Source of the DNA: Azolla caroliniana
Taxonomy: Eukaryota > Plantae > Polypodiophyta
Direction of reading: 5' to 3'
Assembly: GCA_043228905.1 (NCBI GenBank)
Contig: JBHGNT010000017.1
Span: 18,414,001-18,478,000 of the forward strand
Length of the DNA stretch: 64,000 nucleotides
Position numbers and translations under genes: made by a program. Shown here piece by piece: positions 47,201 to 60,163 of this stretch. Below the pieces are notes generated by a model. The model was given only the letters and a program-made list of their open reading frames with translations, was not told the DNA's origin and ran no database searches. Positions within the stretch are counted from its first letter, which is position 1, and each line of letters begins with the position of its first letter.

Positions 47201-49681
47201 CAGACCTCTAGGACTTCAAATTCCTCAGGAACTATGGATCGGCAGTAAGCCGAATTACAACAAGCTGAGGATCTTCGGATGCGAGGCGTACGCCCTTATT
47301 CCGAAAGATGATCGCCGAAAACTTGCACCTCGGTCCAGGAAATGCATTTTCCTTGGATATGGATCCGACGGCGAAATGGGATACCGACTCTGGGATCCCG
47401 AACGCAGACAAATCGTCCGAAGTTCGGACGTTGTGTTCGAGTCGGCTATGAATCCATCAGTCAAAACACCGATCGAAGTCCGAAGGGTAACATTTTCCGA
47501 TGTGCCGACCCTTCAAGAAGGCCCCACTCTTAACACACGGTCAGCTTCACGGGTAGCTGAACCTTACACTACCGATTCGGACAACTCTGACTCGGCACAG
47601 CAGCTTTCGGACCATCCGACCTCGATACCCGATGCGACCAGTCCATTCATACCTCGACGATCCGAGAGACTGTCGCAACCTCCGGAGAGGTATTCTCCTG
47701 GAATTTTCTTCACCGACGCCGGCGAACCGACGTCTTACGAAGAAGCATCGACATCTGTCGATTCCGCCACCTGGCATCTGGCGATGGAGTCGGAAATGCA
47801 CTCCATTCGGGCAAACAAGACTTGGGATATGGTCGAATTACCTAGGAACCGACGTGCTCTTCCTTGCAAGTGGGTTTATCGACTAAAAGAGACGTCTGAT
47901 TCAACCACCCCAAAGTACAAGGCCAGATTAGTTGCGAAGGGCTTCCGACAAGAATATGGCGTCGACTTCGACGAGATTTTTTCACCAGTGGTGAAAATGA
48001 CAACCCTTCGTTTTCTACTCGGCGTAGTGGCAGCCGACAACTTGGAGCTGATTCAGCTAGATGTCAAAACAGCATTCCTCCATGGTGATCTTGAAGAGGA
48101 AATTTATATGGAGCAGCCAAAAGGCTTCGTGGCAACTGGCCAAGAACATCGAGTCTGCCGACTCAGGAAGAGTCTATACGGCCTCAAACAGGCACCGCGA
48201 CAATGGTACAAGAAGTTCGACGACTTCAGCCAATCGATCGGCTTCTCAAAAAGCGATGAGGACCATTGTTTTTTTTACCAACACAGCTCAAGATGGATCA
48301 CCCATCTTCCTCATCATTTACGTGGACGACATGCTAATTTCTGGACGCCACGCGGGCGAACTTGCCGATCTCATTCGGCAACTGCGGTTGAAGTTTGCCA
48401 TGAAGGACCTCGGTCCGGCACGACACATACTTGGCATGAAGATTAGTCGGCATCGCGATCAACGACATCTTTTTTTGTCTCAGACCGACTATATCGGACG
48501 TGTCTTGGAACGCTTCAACATGCAATCAGCCAAATCTGCTTCAACCCCGCTCCCCATGAATCTTCGGCTCTCTCAGCGAGACTGCCCGACATCCGGTCCG
48601 GAGGGGGAAGATATGAAGTCGGTACCGTATGCACCGGCAGTCGGCTCCCTTATGTACCTGATGGTCGCGACACGGCCTGATATTTCTCATGCCGTAGGAG
48701 TCGTTAGCAGATTTATGCACAATCCTGGCCGATCGCATTGGAACGCAGTCAAGCATGTGTTCAAATATCTGGCTGGCACAAAAGACCACGGCATTCTTTT
48801 CGGTCCGAACTCAACTACAGGCGTAGTCGGTTACACCGACTCGGACTTCGCCGGCTGTATAGACAGTCGGAAATCAACAACTGGATACTGCTTCAAATTC
48901 GGCAATGGAGCAATTTCGTGGAAGTCGAAACTTCAGGAGTGCACAGCGACCTCAACGACCGAAGCAGAATATGTAGCTGCGTCCGACGCTGCAAAAGAAG
49001 CTTTGTGGCTCGGCCGGCTGGCGCACACGTTTCGACAAGTCGACCATGACTCGGCCCCAGTTGTCTATAGCGACAGTCAAGGTGCTGTTGCCTTGTCGAA
49101 AAATCCGGTTCACCACAACGCCTCCAAACATATCGACGTTCGATATCACTTCGTTCGGGACTGCGTCATTTCAGGGAAAATCGGTCTAGAGAAAATATCC
49201 ACAACCGACAATGTCGCAGATGGAATGACCAAGTGTCTTTCGGCAGACCGCTTTCGGTCCCTTCGGCATCAGATGGGCGTAACGACAAACCAGTCCGGTT
49301 AGAGCCGGACACATCGCAGGATGGTTTCCGACAACCGACATCAGTTCCTTAATGATCGGCTTCAACTCTTCCGACCCGACCAGTTCGGTCTTCTGCGTTC
49401 GGACCCTGCCGACTCGAACAAAACTGATATGTCCGAGAACCTAGGTTTATGCCTGTAATCTTAGATAACCCATGTATACGCCCATTACGGGGGAGTGTCG
49501 AATACAAGTGTATAATGGACGTATTCACACTATCCCTTTGTATAGATCAAGTTTGGGCCATTTGTGTAATTAGCATAAATGGTAGATGCCCTAAGTCTGT
49601 CACTATATATAGTGACCTTGTAACCTTTTTGTAAGGTTGGGTTGTATTATTGCTTTATGGAATAGAAAGAGTCGTTTTGTG

Positions 49682-49720
<39 letters not shown>

Positions 49721-49808
49721 GTGCAACGACCTAGAAACTGTCATACGCAGGTACAGAACAGAATCGAATGCTTCTTGATCTTCCGCATAGACGACCTTGT
49801 CTCCAACA
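44282..49808 (+). mobile_element. Full-length Ty1/Copia (Tnt1/Tork-like), young
   Basis: LTRs 44282-44586 and 49496-49808, TSD CTCGT, PBS TGGTATCAGAGC (Met-i) at 44589-44600, PPT GGGGGAG. Confidence 0.97.
45279..49302 (+). pseudogene. Copia Gag-PR-INT-RT-RH polyprotein with a single frameshift in a T-run near 48270
   Basis: [54 protein letters not shown]; two overlapping ORFs. Confidence 0.93.
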
Positions 49809-51188
49809 CTCGTTGTGTACAAAAGTCATCTAGGGCATTAAGATGCTTTTGTAGGTCGTGTTCTGACTCCGAGAGCAAGACAATGTCGTCTACGTAGAGT
49901 AAGAGACTAACTTGCGTATCCCCAATAATTACTCCCTTGCCTCCCTTTTGAGCAATAAAATCAGTGATCTCATCAATGTAGATCCCAAAAAGAGTCGGTG
50001 ACAAGGGACAACCCTGTTTTACACCAATGGTGCTAGTGAAACAATCAGATAGGCCACCTGGGCATCGTACGCACCTAGAGACTTGCTCATATAAGGCATA
50101 AAGGGCCCAGATCATGTCATTTGGTATCTCCAAGCTCTTAAGTCTATCAAACAACCTCTCCCTAGGAACCGTATCAAAGGCTTTGCGGAAGTCCACAAAG
50201 CAAAAGTATAGTTTCTTCTTATGAGCCTTCGTCTGGTCAATTAAGCACCTAAGTGTGAAGATATGGTCAATAGTGGAGAAGGCTCGTCTAAAGCCAGCCT
50301 GCTCAAGTGCGCAAAGACTTAACGTTTCCATATAATCGTTGAGCTCCGCTTCCATTACTGCACCATATAGTTTAGCGAGTGTATGACCTATCATAATGGG
50401 CCTATATGTATTTGGGTCCCTTGGGTCCCCTCCTTTATGTATAGGGGCCACTGTGTTCATGGCCCATTGTGGTGGAAAACCCTCGGCGAGGGCACGGTTG
50501 AAGATTAGAGTGAGAAGGGGAGCTAAGCACTCTTGAGCATATATGATGTGTTTGGCTTGCAATCCTGTGTGGTCCATAGATTTCCTATGTTGTAACATTT
50601 TTATGACCTTCGTGACCCTAGAGGTCGTGAAAAGTGTCCCCATGGTAGGTCAAGGTGTGGAAGGCATTGGAATGGGTGGTTGGTTCGGGACATGGTAGAG
50701 TCTCTCGATATATGTGTGCCAAATATTGGAATCCTCAATGGGTGTTTGTGGTCTCGGTTCCCGTAGTCTCTTCCCTGCAAGGGCGCAATCCCTACTCATG
50801 AACATATGGTAGAGTTCCCAATATTGAGATGGTTCCCAAGCTCATCTTTTACGACGTGTCATCTTGCGCATCTCTTTGCGAGCCTGTACTGAGGAAATCG
50901 TACCACTAAGTCGTGACACCTTAAGTTGTCTATACAACTCTCTACAATCCTCATCATACCACTTGTTCTATGGCATAGACCCTATTCTACTATGATTGGC
51001 ACCTTTCGTGCGTGCGAAGCTACTAGTTGCTACTGAGTGAAGGATGTGTGTGAGTTCTGTAGTGAGGTTCTCTAAAGGCAAGGAAGAATCAAAAGAGGAG
51101 AGATGGGCTTGTACATGTAGAGAGTAGATGTCAGTGAGCTCATGCGTGAAATGTATTATGGTGTGATGGGTTGGTTGACTAGAGTTGG

Positions 51189-54100
51189 TGTAAAGAATAG
51201 CGTGCAGAAGCAATAGAAAACCGAACATAGAAAATATGTAGGTTTAATGGAGAGCTTGAATATACATAGTACACAGGAGAGACAGAGAGAGAGAACACAC
51301 AGAAACTCAATTCAAAATAATACTCAATCTATTCTGTACATACTTTATGCTCAGTGAGCACCTTATATACAAGCCCTGACTATCGGGCCCTGACTATCGG
51401 GCTAACACAAGTACTGACAGTACTTGAATGCTCATAAATGAGCCTGCTACACTAACTCCCAAAATTATTCCTTACGAGGAATAACATACTAACGGCCTTC
51501 CGGTTTACGCACCAATACGGCCACGTTATGCGTACCATTTTACGCACCCAGTCTACACACCATATTACGCACTAAATGTTGAGCTTGTCACTCAACACTC
51601 CCCCCTCAAGCTCAACTTGAGGTTCCGCTTGCTTCGTCGGATCTACGCTCCGGCTTCTCCTAGCTCCACACCTCGCTCGCACTCCTCGACCCGTTCGATT
51701 CCGCGCGCCTCGACCCTTTCGGTCGGCTTGTCTGCTCACACAGCCCTTCTCAGCTTCCTTGCTGTTGTGGTGTTGGCACCTCTTTTGCTGCCTTCTCTTC
51801 TGCTTGGCCCTTGGTTGATTCAGCATATCCGAATCAAACATCCAAACCAACTCAGCTTCCTCCAATCGGTTTACGCTCTCGTTTGAGTTGGTTGTCTCCA
51901 ACTTGTCTTCGGTCTTCAGGCCCCTGACAACGTCCGACCACGTCTTAGTCTTGGCCTTATCTCCCCCTGTTCCGGCTATCCTCGGCTCCTTCTTATGCTT
52001 ACGGCTCTTGCTTCCGTCTTCAGCTTCTTCAGCCAGTTCGAAGTCAAATTCTCCATCCGGCTTCGCATTTCGGTCACTTCCGCCGTGATGCTTACCTCCG
52101 CTCCTTTCACACTTTGGTCCCTAATCTTCCTCTCTCCTCCTCAAGTTCGGCGTGTCGAGGTGACGCAACCCAAGCGCACCCGAGAAATGCCGCAACTTGT
52201 CGAGACCAAGAGGCTTTGTGAAGATGTCGGTAATTTGCCGATCAGTCGAAACATTCACTAGTTCGACTTCACTTGAAAGGACCCGCTCGCGGACAAAATG
52301 GTATTGCACCTCAATGTGCTTGTTCTGGGCATGAAAAATGGGGTTCTTCGCAAGATGGATACTGCTAAGGTTGTCTCAATAGATCATCGTCGGATCAGAC
52401 ACCTCGACATGCAGATCCCGTAATAGCCATTTTAGCCAAATGACTTCACATGTAGCGATAGTCGCCCCTCGATATTTGGCCTCCGTGCTTGACAGTGCTA
52501 CTGTCAGCTGCTTTTTGCTGCTCCACGCGATCGCCGCACTTCCTAATGAGAATGTGTATCTAGACATGGATCGACGATCGTGGGCATTTCCGGCCAAATC
52601 GGTATCCGTGTAGCCGGCTAACTGTTCGGCTATGCCTGCCTGATAAAATAACGCCATGTCTTTCGTGCCGCTAACATAATGCAGTATCCTTTGCGCACAC
52701 TCAAAGTGTTCGGCTGTAGGTTGCGACATGAATTGACTGATTAAGCCGACCGGGTAGCTAAGATCCGGCTGAGTAATCGTCAAATAGATAAGGCTCCCGA
52801 CAATCTGTCGGAACCGTGTTGGGTCGCACGCCTTGCCCGAATCTGGGCGAAGCTTCACGTTTCTATCCAGAGGGGTCGAGATAGGCTTACAATTTGCCAT
52901 CCCGAACTTGAAGTGCATATTCAGCACGTAATGACGTTGGCTGATCAATATGCCTTCGGGGGTACGGATCACTTCGATCCCGAGGAAGTAATGAAGTCCG
53001 AGATCCTTCATTTCAAATGGTGCCGCAAGCTGAGACTTCACGTGGCGGATTTCGTCAAGGTCGGCACCGGCGATGACTAAATCATCAATGTACAAGAGTA
53101 GGTTGACCGGTCCATATTGTCCTTGCCGAACAAATAGAGAAGAGTCTGATTTTGACGACACAAACCCCATCCTACGCTAGTGTTGCGTAATCTTTGTGTT
53201 CCAAGTTCGCGGAGCTTGCTTTAGTCCATACAAGGATTTCTTCAATCGGCAAACTACCGAGGCATTTTGTTCAGATAGAAATCCGGGGGGTTGTACCATG
53301 TACACTTGTTCCTCAAGATCACCTTGCAGGAACGCGTTCTTTACATCCATTTCATGTAAGTGCCACCCCTTTACTGCTGCTACCATGAGCAAAACACAAA
53401 CGGTCGCCATCTTCGCGACAGGCGCGAAGGTCTCGTCATAGTCCACCCCGTGCTTCTGTGCATAGCCTTTTGCTACTAAACGGGCCTTGTAGCGGTTGAT
53501 TGAGCCGTCCGTGTTGTGTTTCACTTTATACACCCACCGGCAGCAGATCGGCTTCACACCCTTCGATGCATCAACCAGGTCCCATGTCTCATTTTGCGTT
53601 AAGGCATGCATCTCTTCCTCCATTGCAGCACGCCAATTTGCGTCCTTCGTCGCTTCTGCGTAGCTCTCCGACTCACGCACTTCCGCTACACACGTCATGT
53701 ACACATAGGGATGCGCCATGTACTCTTTGTATCCAAACCGCACAACAGGGTTCTTCTGGCGGGTAGATCGGCGTTGTTGCTCATTAGCCAAAGTTGAGGT
53801 TTTCTTGGCCGATGCGGACTTCGCTCTCGATGACCCGTCATCACTTCCCTCAAAGTTGGACTCGCATAGATCCGACTCGTTCCTATCCGTGCTGTAATCC
53901 GACACCTTCTTCTTCCCTTTTTCTTTGCGCGTAAGCCGTCTCCTCGGCTTCCTGCACGGGGAATGCACGACCGAGTCTCCACTACTCTCCGTCTCATCAT
54001 CTGGTTGGCCATCTTGGCCCAACCCCTCATTCGGCCCGCATAGCCGAAATGAGATCGGGCTCTCTCTCAAAGCTCCGATGTCTTCATCGTGCGGAGGCAT

Positions 54101-56592
54101 TTCAGCTTCGTTGATTTCTTCTTCAGAAATCGGATTGGAGGTGAGGTCCGGAGTCGGGGGCAAGTACCAAGACGCGGACTCGTCAAACACAACGTTGCAG
54201 CTCACGCACACTTGTTTGGTGCGTGGGTTATAACACTTATAACCCTTTTGCTCGTCCGAATAGCCGACCAAGATACACTACTCGGCTTTCGCGTCCAGCT
54301 TCCTCCGTTTCTCCTTCGGCACATGCACATATGCAATGCTACCAAAAACTCTCAAGTCTCGTAGATTTGGCTTCCTTCCGAAATATTGCTCATGCGCCAA
54401 CACTTTGTCTCTGATCCGATTCTGGATGTATACCGCGGTTCGTACCGCCTCGGCCCAATAGAACTTGGGCAAGCTCTTCTCCTCCAGCATTGCCCGTGCC
54501 GCTTCCACAACCGACTGATTTTTCCTTTCGGCCACGCCGTTTTTTCTCCGGCGTATATCTGCAACTAAATTTGTGCCGAATTCCCATATGTTGCAGATAC
54601 CCGTTGAATTGACCAGAAAAATACTCTTTTCCACCATCCATCCGTAGGCACTTGATCTTTCTTCCTCTTTCCCTTTCAACGAAATTGTTGAGGTCCCGGA
54701 TACAGTCGAAGACTTCACTCTTCTTCTCAATGAGGTAGATCCACCTGTGCCGCACAAAGTCGTCGATGAAGGAGACAAAATATCGACTCCCGCCAAGACA
54801 AACGTTCTGTGCCGGCCCCCATACATAGGAATGTATCAAGTCGAGCTTGTTCCGGATCCGGTTACGCTCATTAGGGAAAGGAAGTCGGTGTTGCTTCCCT
54901 AGCTGGCAAGCTTCACAAATTTGCGCCTTCCCTCCACAAAATTTGGGCAATCCGAACACCACATGTTTCGATTGCAGGTCCTCAAGCCGTTGATAGTTGA
55001 CGTGGCCTATCCACTTGTGCCATAAGTCGATATCCGACTCGACTTTTTGTCCTTTCGTGAACATTGTGGTGCCACCATCACTAGAATCGAGGATAAACAT
55101 CATCCCGTCTCTACGCCCTTGCGCAATAACTCAGCCTTCTTCCTCGATGAAGCACCCGAGATGCGTGAACCGGACTTGCATCGCCTAGTCGACGATCTGG
55201 CCGACCGACACCAGATTCTTCGTGATTGTGGGAACGTGTAACACGTTCATGAGTTTCCCTTTCTGCCCGACATGGCTCAGGGGAACTTCACCAACATTCG
55301 CGATCGGATGCGGAGTGTCGTCTCCGGTTGCGACTACTCCTAGTTGCATTGGTTTTTCCAGGAACGAGAACCACTCCTTGTGGCATGTCATGTGGTTTGA
55401 CGCGCCGGAGTCGACGTACCACACCTCGTCCGACTTCAGGGTGATCTTCTTCATCGAATTTGCTTCGTGTCTCCTCACGAGGGCTGATCCTTTTCCGGAT
55501 CCTTCGGCGTAGTGCGATCGCTGCCGATTTCCTTTGTCGGTCTGTCCGGAACCTGATCCGGGCCCGGTTCTCTCCGAATCAGTGCGCTTTTTCCAGCACT
55601 CTCTCCCCCTGTGGCCTTTCTTGCCACAATACCAGCATTCCGTGGCAGATTTCCCTTGCCAGTCCTCATCACCTCGACTCCCCCTGTTTCCGAAGGCTCC
55701 AGAATTGTTGTCGGCATCACTTTGGTGCCTTCTTCCTTGATCCCGTCAACCGCCTCCATTGCGCACCGACTCGCCTCGTCCGCCACGACCACGGGGCCTA
55801 TCTCCCTCCGTGTACAACATCTTGTTGTCGGCATGCGTGCTAGTCAACGCACCCACGTGGTTCTCCTCTACAAGAAGCATCGATTGTAGGTCGAAAAATG
55901 ACGGCGTATTCTCCCGTGTACACACAGCAGTTCGGAATGCTCCGAACTTCGACGCCAATCCCGTGAGACAGATTTGCACCATCTTGCCTTCCTCGACGTT
56001 CACATCGATAGAGGCTAAGGAGTCGCATATCTCTTTGATCTTCAAGGTGTAATCAACCATCGACAAGTCGCGTTGTCGTAAGTTGCTCAGCTCCTATCGG
56101 ATTTGAAGCTTCTTGGTTGTGGTTCTTGGGGCAAAGAACTTTTTCAGATTTCCCCAAGCATCCTTTGGCATTTTCACATCCCGAATATAGCTCAAATGTT
56201 GTTCGCCCACACAAGATGCGAAGTGGTACAGTACCCTGCTCGCCGACTGTTCCCACGCTGGGAAATCTTTGTGTGTCGATTCGAGTGTTGTGTCATTTGC
56301 TCCGTCGACATAGCTCTAGTAACCATGCCCGAGCAGGTACTGGTGCATCTTGTAGGACCAAGATCCGTAGTTGTTTCTATCAAGCTTCTCCGTCGGAAGC
56401 AAGCTAGCCATGCCTCTATCCATCGGTTTTACCTGTTCTTCTTGGTTGGTTTTCCTTTCAAGCTATGTCGTCGGTTGCAAAGGTTCTCAACCCTTGCGCT
56501 CTGATACCATGTAAAGAATAGCATGCGGAAGCAATAGAAAACCGAACACAGAAAATACGCAGGTTTAATGGAGAGCTTGAATATACACAATA

Positions 56593-56629
<37 letters not shown>

Positions 56630-56936
56630 ACACAGAAACTCAATTCAAAATAATACTCAATCTCTTCTATACATACTTCGTGCTCAGTGAGCACCTTATA
56701 TACAAGCCCTGACTATCGAGCTGACACAAGTACTGACAGTACTTGAATGCTCATAAATGGGCCTACTATAGTAACTCCCAAAATTATTCCTTACGAGGAA
56801 TACCATACTAATGGCCTTCCGGTTTACGCATTTACGCACCGATACGGCCACGTTATGCGTACCATTTTACGCACCCAATCTATGCACTGGGTTACACATC
56901 GTATTACGCACTCAATGTTGAGCTTGTCACTCAACA
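51189..56936 (-). mobile_element. Full-length but decayed Ty1/Copia
   Basis: LTRs 51189-51597 and 56510-56936, TSD GTTGG/TTTGG, Met-i PBS, PPT, fragmented gag/PR/INT/RT/RH ORFs. Confidence 0.93.
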
Positions 56937-58037
56937 TTTGGTGGTGTGGGAGATGTCACATTTTAGCTCAAAGTATAGGAAGCTATGGTCTGCACCCATG
57001 GGGCATGGGGCCACTCGGAAGGAGTTAACCATGTGGGTGGCTTCAGGGCGTCCTATTAGGTAATCAACTGTGCTTTCCCTTTCTCCATGTGGGAAACATG
57101 TGAGCTCTTCTGAGCCCGGCCACTTGGCTAAGCCATTATATATGATCATCTGTTGTTGGCTTCCAAGTTTAAGCAGAGGATGGCCAAAGATTGTGGCGTC
57201 CGCACCTTGATCTTTTGATGTACGTGTTATGCATTAAAATCCCCTGCAAGGAAGACTTCCCCTTGAGAAGAATATCGGATTATGTCATCCAATAAAGGTT
57301 CGTATGGTGAAGGCCCATGTGGCGTTCCTTCATCAACTATACTCACCTCTCCAACCGTATTATATCAGGATCCTTTCGGGGGGGAGTAACAAACGGCGAT
57401 AAATATCACCTAATCCTTGCTAGTGAGGATTTTCACCCACATAAAACGGGCTTCTGGGTCTTTCTTTAGTATTTCTATCCTATTATGTATCTCTCTCCGA
57501 AATAATATCGCAACCCCTCCAGACCCTCTAGTAGTGTGTCGACGTGATGTTTGTCTAAAGATAGATTCCCAACGAAAACCGTCAACTCGTGGTAGTCCTC
57601 AATTTGGACTCTAATGTGTTTCTACAAAAAAAAAGTATATTAGATACCGTCAAAATGTCCTCTAGACAACCAAGGTGTGTCCAAAGTGCACCGTTACAAT
57701 CCCATAAGGTCATCCTAAGTTTATTGTCTGTCACATGGGCCACACGCCATCAATTGGCAGCACGATCATTAATTATCACACGTCCGTCTTGGTAAAAAGC
57801 ACGGTGCCCCTCTTTACAAGCTTGTATGACTAGTGGCATACAAGTTTTACGATGCTCAATTTGCATCTTGGTCAAGTCTTCAATTAGGTAGATAGGGTCC
57901 CCGCCCAATCCTCGAAGAATTGGTCTCTTTTTAAAAAAGGTGATCCTAGGTTCTGAGTCCTTAAACTGAAGGACTAAAGCTCTTTTCCTAGTGGTGTCAT
58001 GTCCTACTCTCCAAGTTTTAGTGATTGGTAGGGCTTC

Positions 58038-58577
58038 CTACCCCAACATCTTCCCTAATGTTTGTGCATTTTTGTCGGGAGATGCCCCTTCCTTGAACCC
58101 AGTAACTCTTACGTTTAAGTGTCGAGCTTGACGCATTTTTTCCTCCTCAAGGGTGGTGTTTACAATATTTTCATCCTTTAGTTCCTTTTTAATATTACGT
58201 TTTACTACATCAACCCACCTAGTTTTTGCTAATTCCATATCGCTTTTAACCTCTTCCTTAACCTTTTTTATCTCATCCTTAATATCCTCTAGGGAAAATA
58301 TTTCACCATCTTCCCTAGATGTCTCAAGGTCCTTAACTTGTTTTTGAAGGTTCACGTTGTCTTCCTTAAGTTTCGCTATTTCAGTAATAAGTAGTTCTTT
58401 CTCTTCCTTATCTTTTTGTTTTTGAGCTTCAATCTCTTTTGCCCATTTTTCCATTTTAACTAACCGGTTAAGGACATCTAAAATTTCTTCCTTACTTATA
58501 ATTTTGTCGTGTGTTTCCTTATGGTTTCGTCGAGAAGTCATGTTGTAATTCAAAAGATAAAAGAAAGAAAAAGTCAA
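58038..58577 (-). pseudogene. LINE ORF1 (coiled-coil followed by LNVRVTG, RRM-like start)
   Basis: Lies upstream of the endonuclease-RT ORF; heptad-rich sequence. Confidence 0.7.
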
Positions 58578-58889
58578 AAAGGACAGAAAAACTTAACCAA
58601 GCATCAATGTCTTCCGCGCTAGGTACAAGTGTAGAAGCACATTTGTACTCTCTCGTTTACGCAACCGACGACGTCGTGAGAGGTGTAGGTGACAGCGACG
58701 GTCGACAATGGAAACTGTGCCACAAACCAAACAACGGCGAAGGACAACAGCAACAAATGACGACAACAACAACGTTAGACTGCGACGGCAGCAACGACAG
58801 ACGACCGACGGGGGTTGCAGTGACAGACGATGACGACAAACAAACAACGGCAAAAAGAGGGAGGATAATGTCATAGACAAGGTATCACA

Positions 58890-58960
58890 TGGAATGGTGG
58901 GGGTTGAACCCATGACCTTCTGGTCTTATTGGGCAACCTTGCCAATTGAGCTACATCCAT
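58890..58960 (-). ncRNA. tRNA-like cassette (Pol III A/B boxes) in the 3' LTR of the Tcn1-like element
   Basis: ATGGATGTAGCTCAATTGGCAAGG...ATGGGTTCAACCCCCACCATTCCAT: A box, B box/T-arm and complementary ends, ~71 nt. No convincing anticodon arm. Confidence 0.6.
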
Positions 58961-60163
58961 CTATACATTATTGTATTGTATAAGATTCAACTTATTTCAT
59001 CATAGATTGATCACTAGAACTTTCAAGAACATTCTAGAGAATGCATCTTCATGCGCTCTCTAGAAGTTTCCATGCACTCTCTAGAAGTCTTCTAGCTTTC
59101 ATGCATACCTCCACATTCTTGTATAAATACCTTAATTACAATCAAGGTGAACAACACCAATTACGAAAGCATATACAGTTCTTGTTTATTTTTCTATTCT
59201 CTCTCTCTCTCTTGTGTGTTCTCTTGTCTAAGTTCTCTCTCCCGCTATCTCTTAATATTGAGCCTCGTCTACCTGTCCTTGACAATCTTGTGGTCTTGCT
59301 TATGCTCTCGATCTCTCTTAGTACTTAGCCTCATTCCACCCATTTATGACAGTGACTCTTCATATCATGAGTCATAACCGTGACCCTAAACCCCCCACCC
59401 AATAACACATCACTATTCCGTCGGATCCCACTCTAACTCCAATAAGGGCTTACTATCACAAACCCAAATATCCCAGAAAGGGTTTACTTTTTCAGGATGG
59501 GGATCAATAATACATACCTTCCCTGTTTTTGCAACCACCCTAATAGGCTTCCACTCCACTAAATTGAGAAGGTCATCCTCCATAGAGACCCATCACAATT
59601 TTCCCTCCAAAACTATTAAATATGCTAAGAAGGATTCATTAGATGTATAAGCTCTTGCTCCAATCAAGACATTAAAAGAAGAGAATGCCCCATACCATAC
59701 ATGGTTTGAATTAAAAGAAGAAGGTAAAATCCTATTACAAGCATTACTTATCCCTTGGAACATTAACGTACCACCTCTTATTGATTTCAAAATATGTTCC
59801 TTAACATCCCTAGAGGATTGATTAAAGTTTAACCAAGTAACAACATTAACCGCAAATGCCTCATCAACCGCCACCCGATTTGTTAGGATCGTGACCAGCC
59901 ACAACCGGATATACTCACGAATACATGTTCGGATGCAAAGAACAAGAAAGCTAGTACACAGACAAAAAACGAGATATTGAGACACAGTGTTTAACGTGGA
60001 AAACCCAAATCAGGAAAAACCACATGAAGTCCTCGAACTCCGAACTAGATCACTATGATAAAGAGGAGTACAATAAGATACTCAGAGGCAACGACCTCGA
60101 GATCTTCTTCGTCTGACAAACGGCTACTAAGTTACTACTCTCACATTCTCTCTCTCTTACTCA

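Larger units (their letters stand above)
42634..58859 (-). mobile_element. Near full-length LINE (~4.9 kb net; ORF1, APE endonuclease, RT, CCHC) split by two Copia insertions
   Basis: ORF1 coiled-coil at 58577-58038; endonuclease-like start near 57713; RT (QAGFR, FVDFRKAFD, GVKQGCPLSP, LYVDD) at 50643-49814; (TTTC)n tail; short AAAGAG duplication at both ends. Confidence 0.88.
34601..59351 (+). mobile_element. Tcn1/Tf1-like chromovirus, internally deleted and expanded by nested insertions
   Basis: 5' LTR 34601-37255 (interrupted) and 3' LTR 58869-59351 are homologous. TSD GCGAC/GTGAC. Gag at 37358-37834; integrase end plus chromodomain at 42173-42635. Confidence 0.9.

Noticed and set aside
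58890-58960. Functional tRNA gene
   Set aside because: No convincing anticodon arm and it lies in an LTR; reported only as tRNA-like.
59410-59880. Possible coding remnant between Copia LTRs
   Set aside because: No recognisable domain; the annotated ORF begins inside an LTR.
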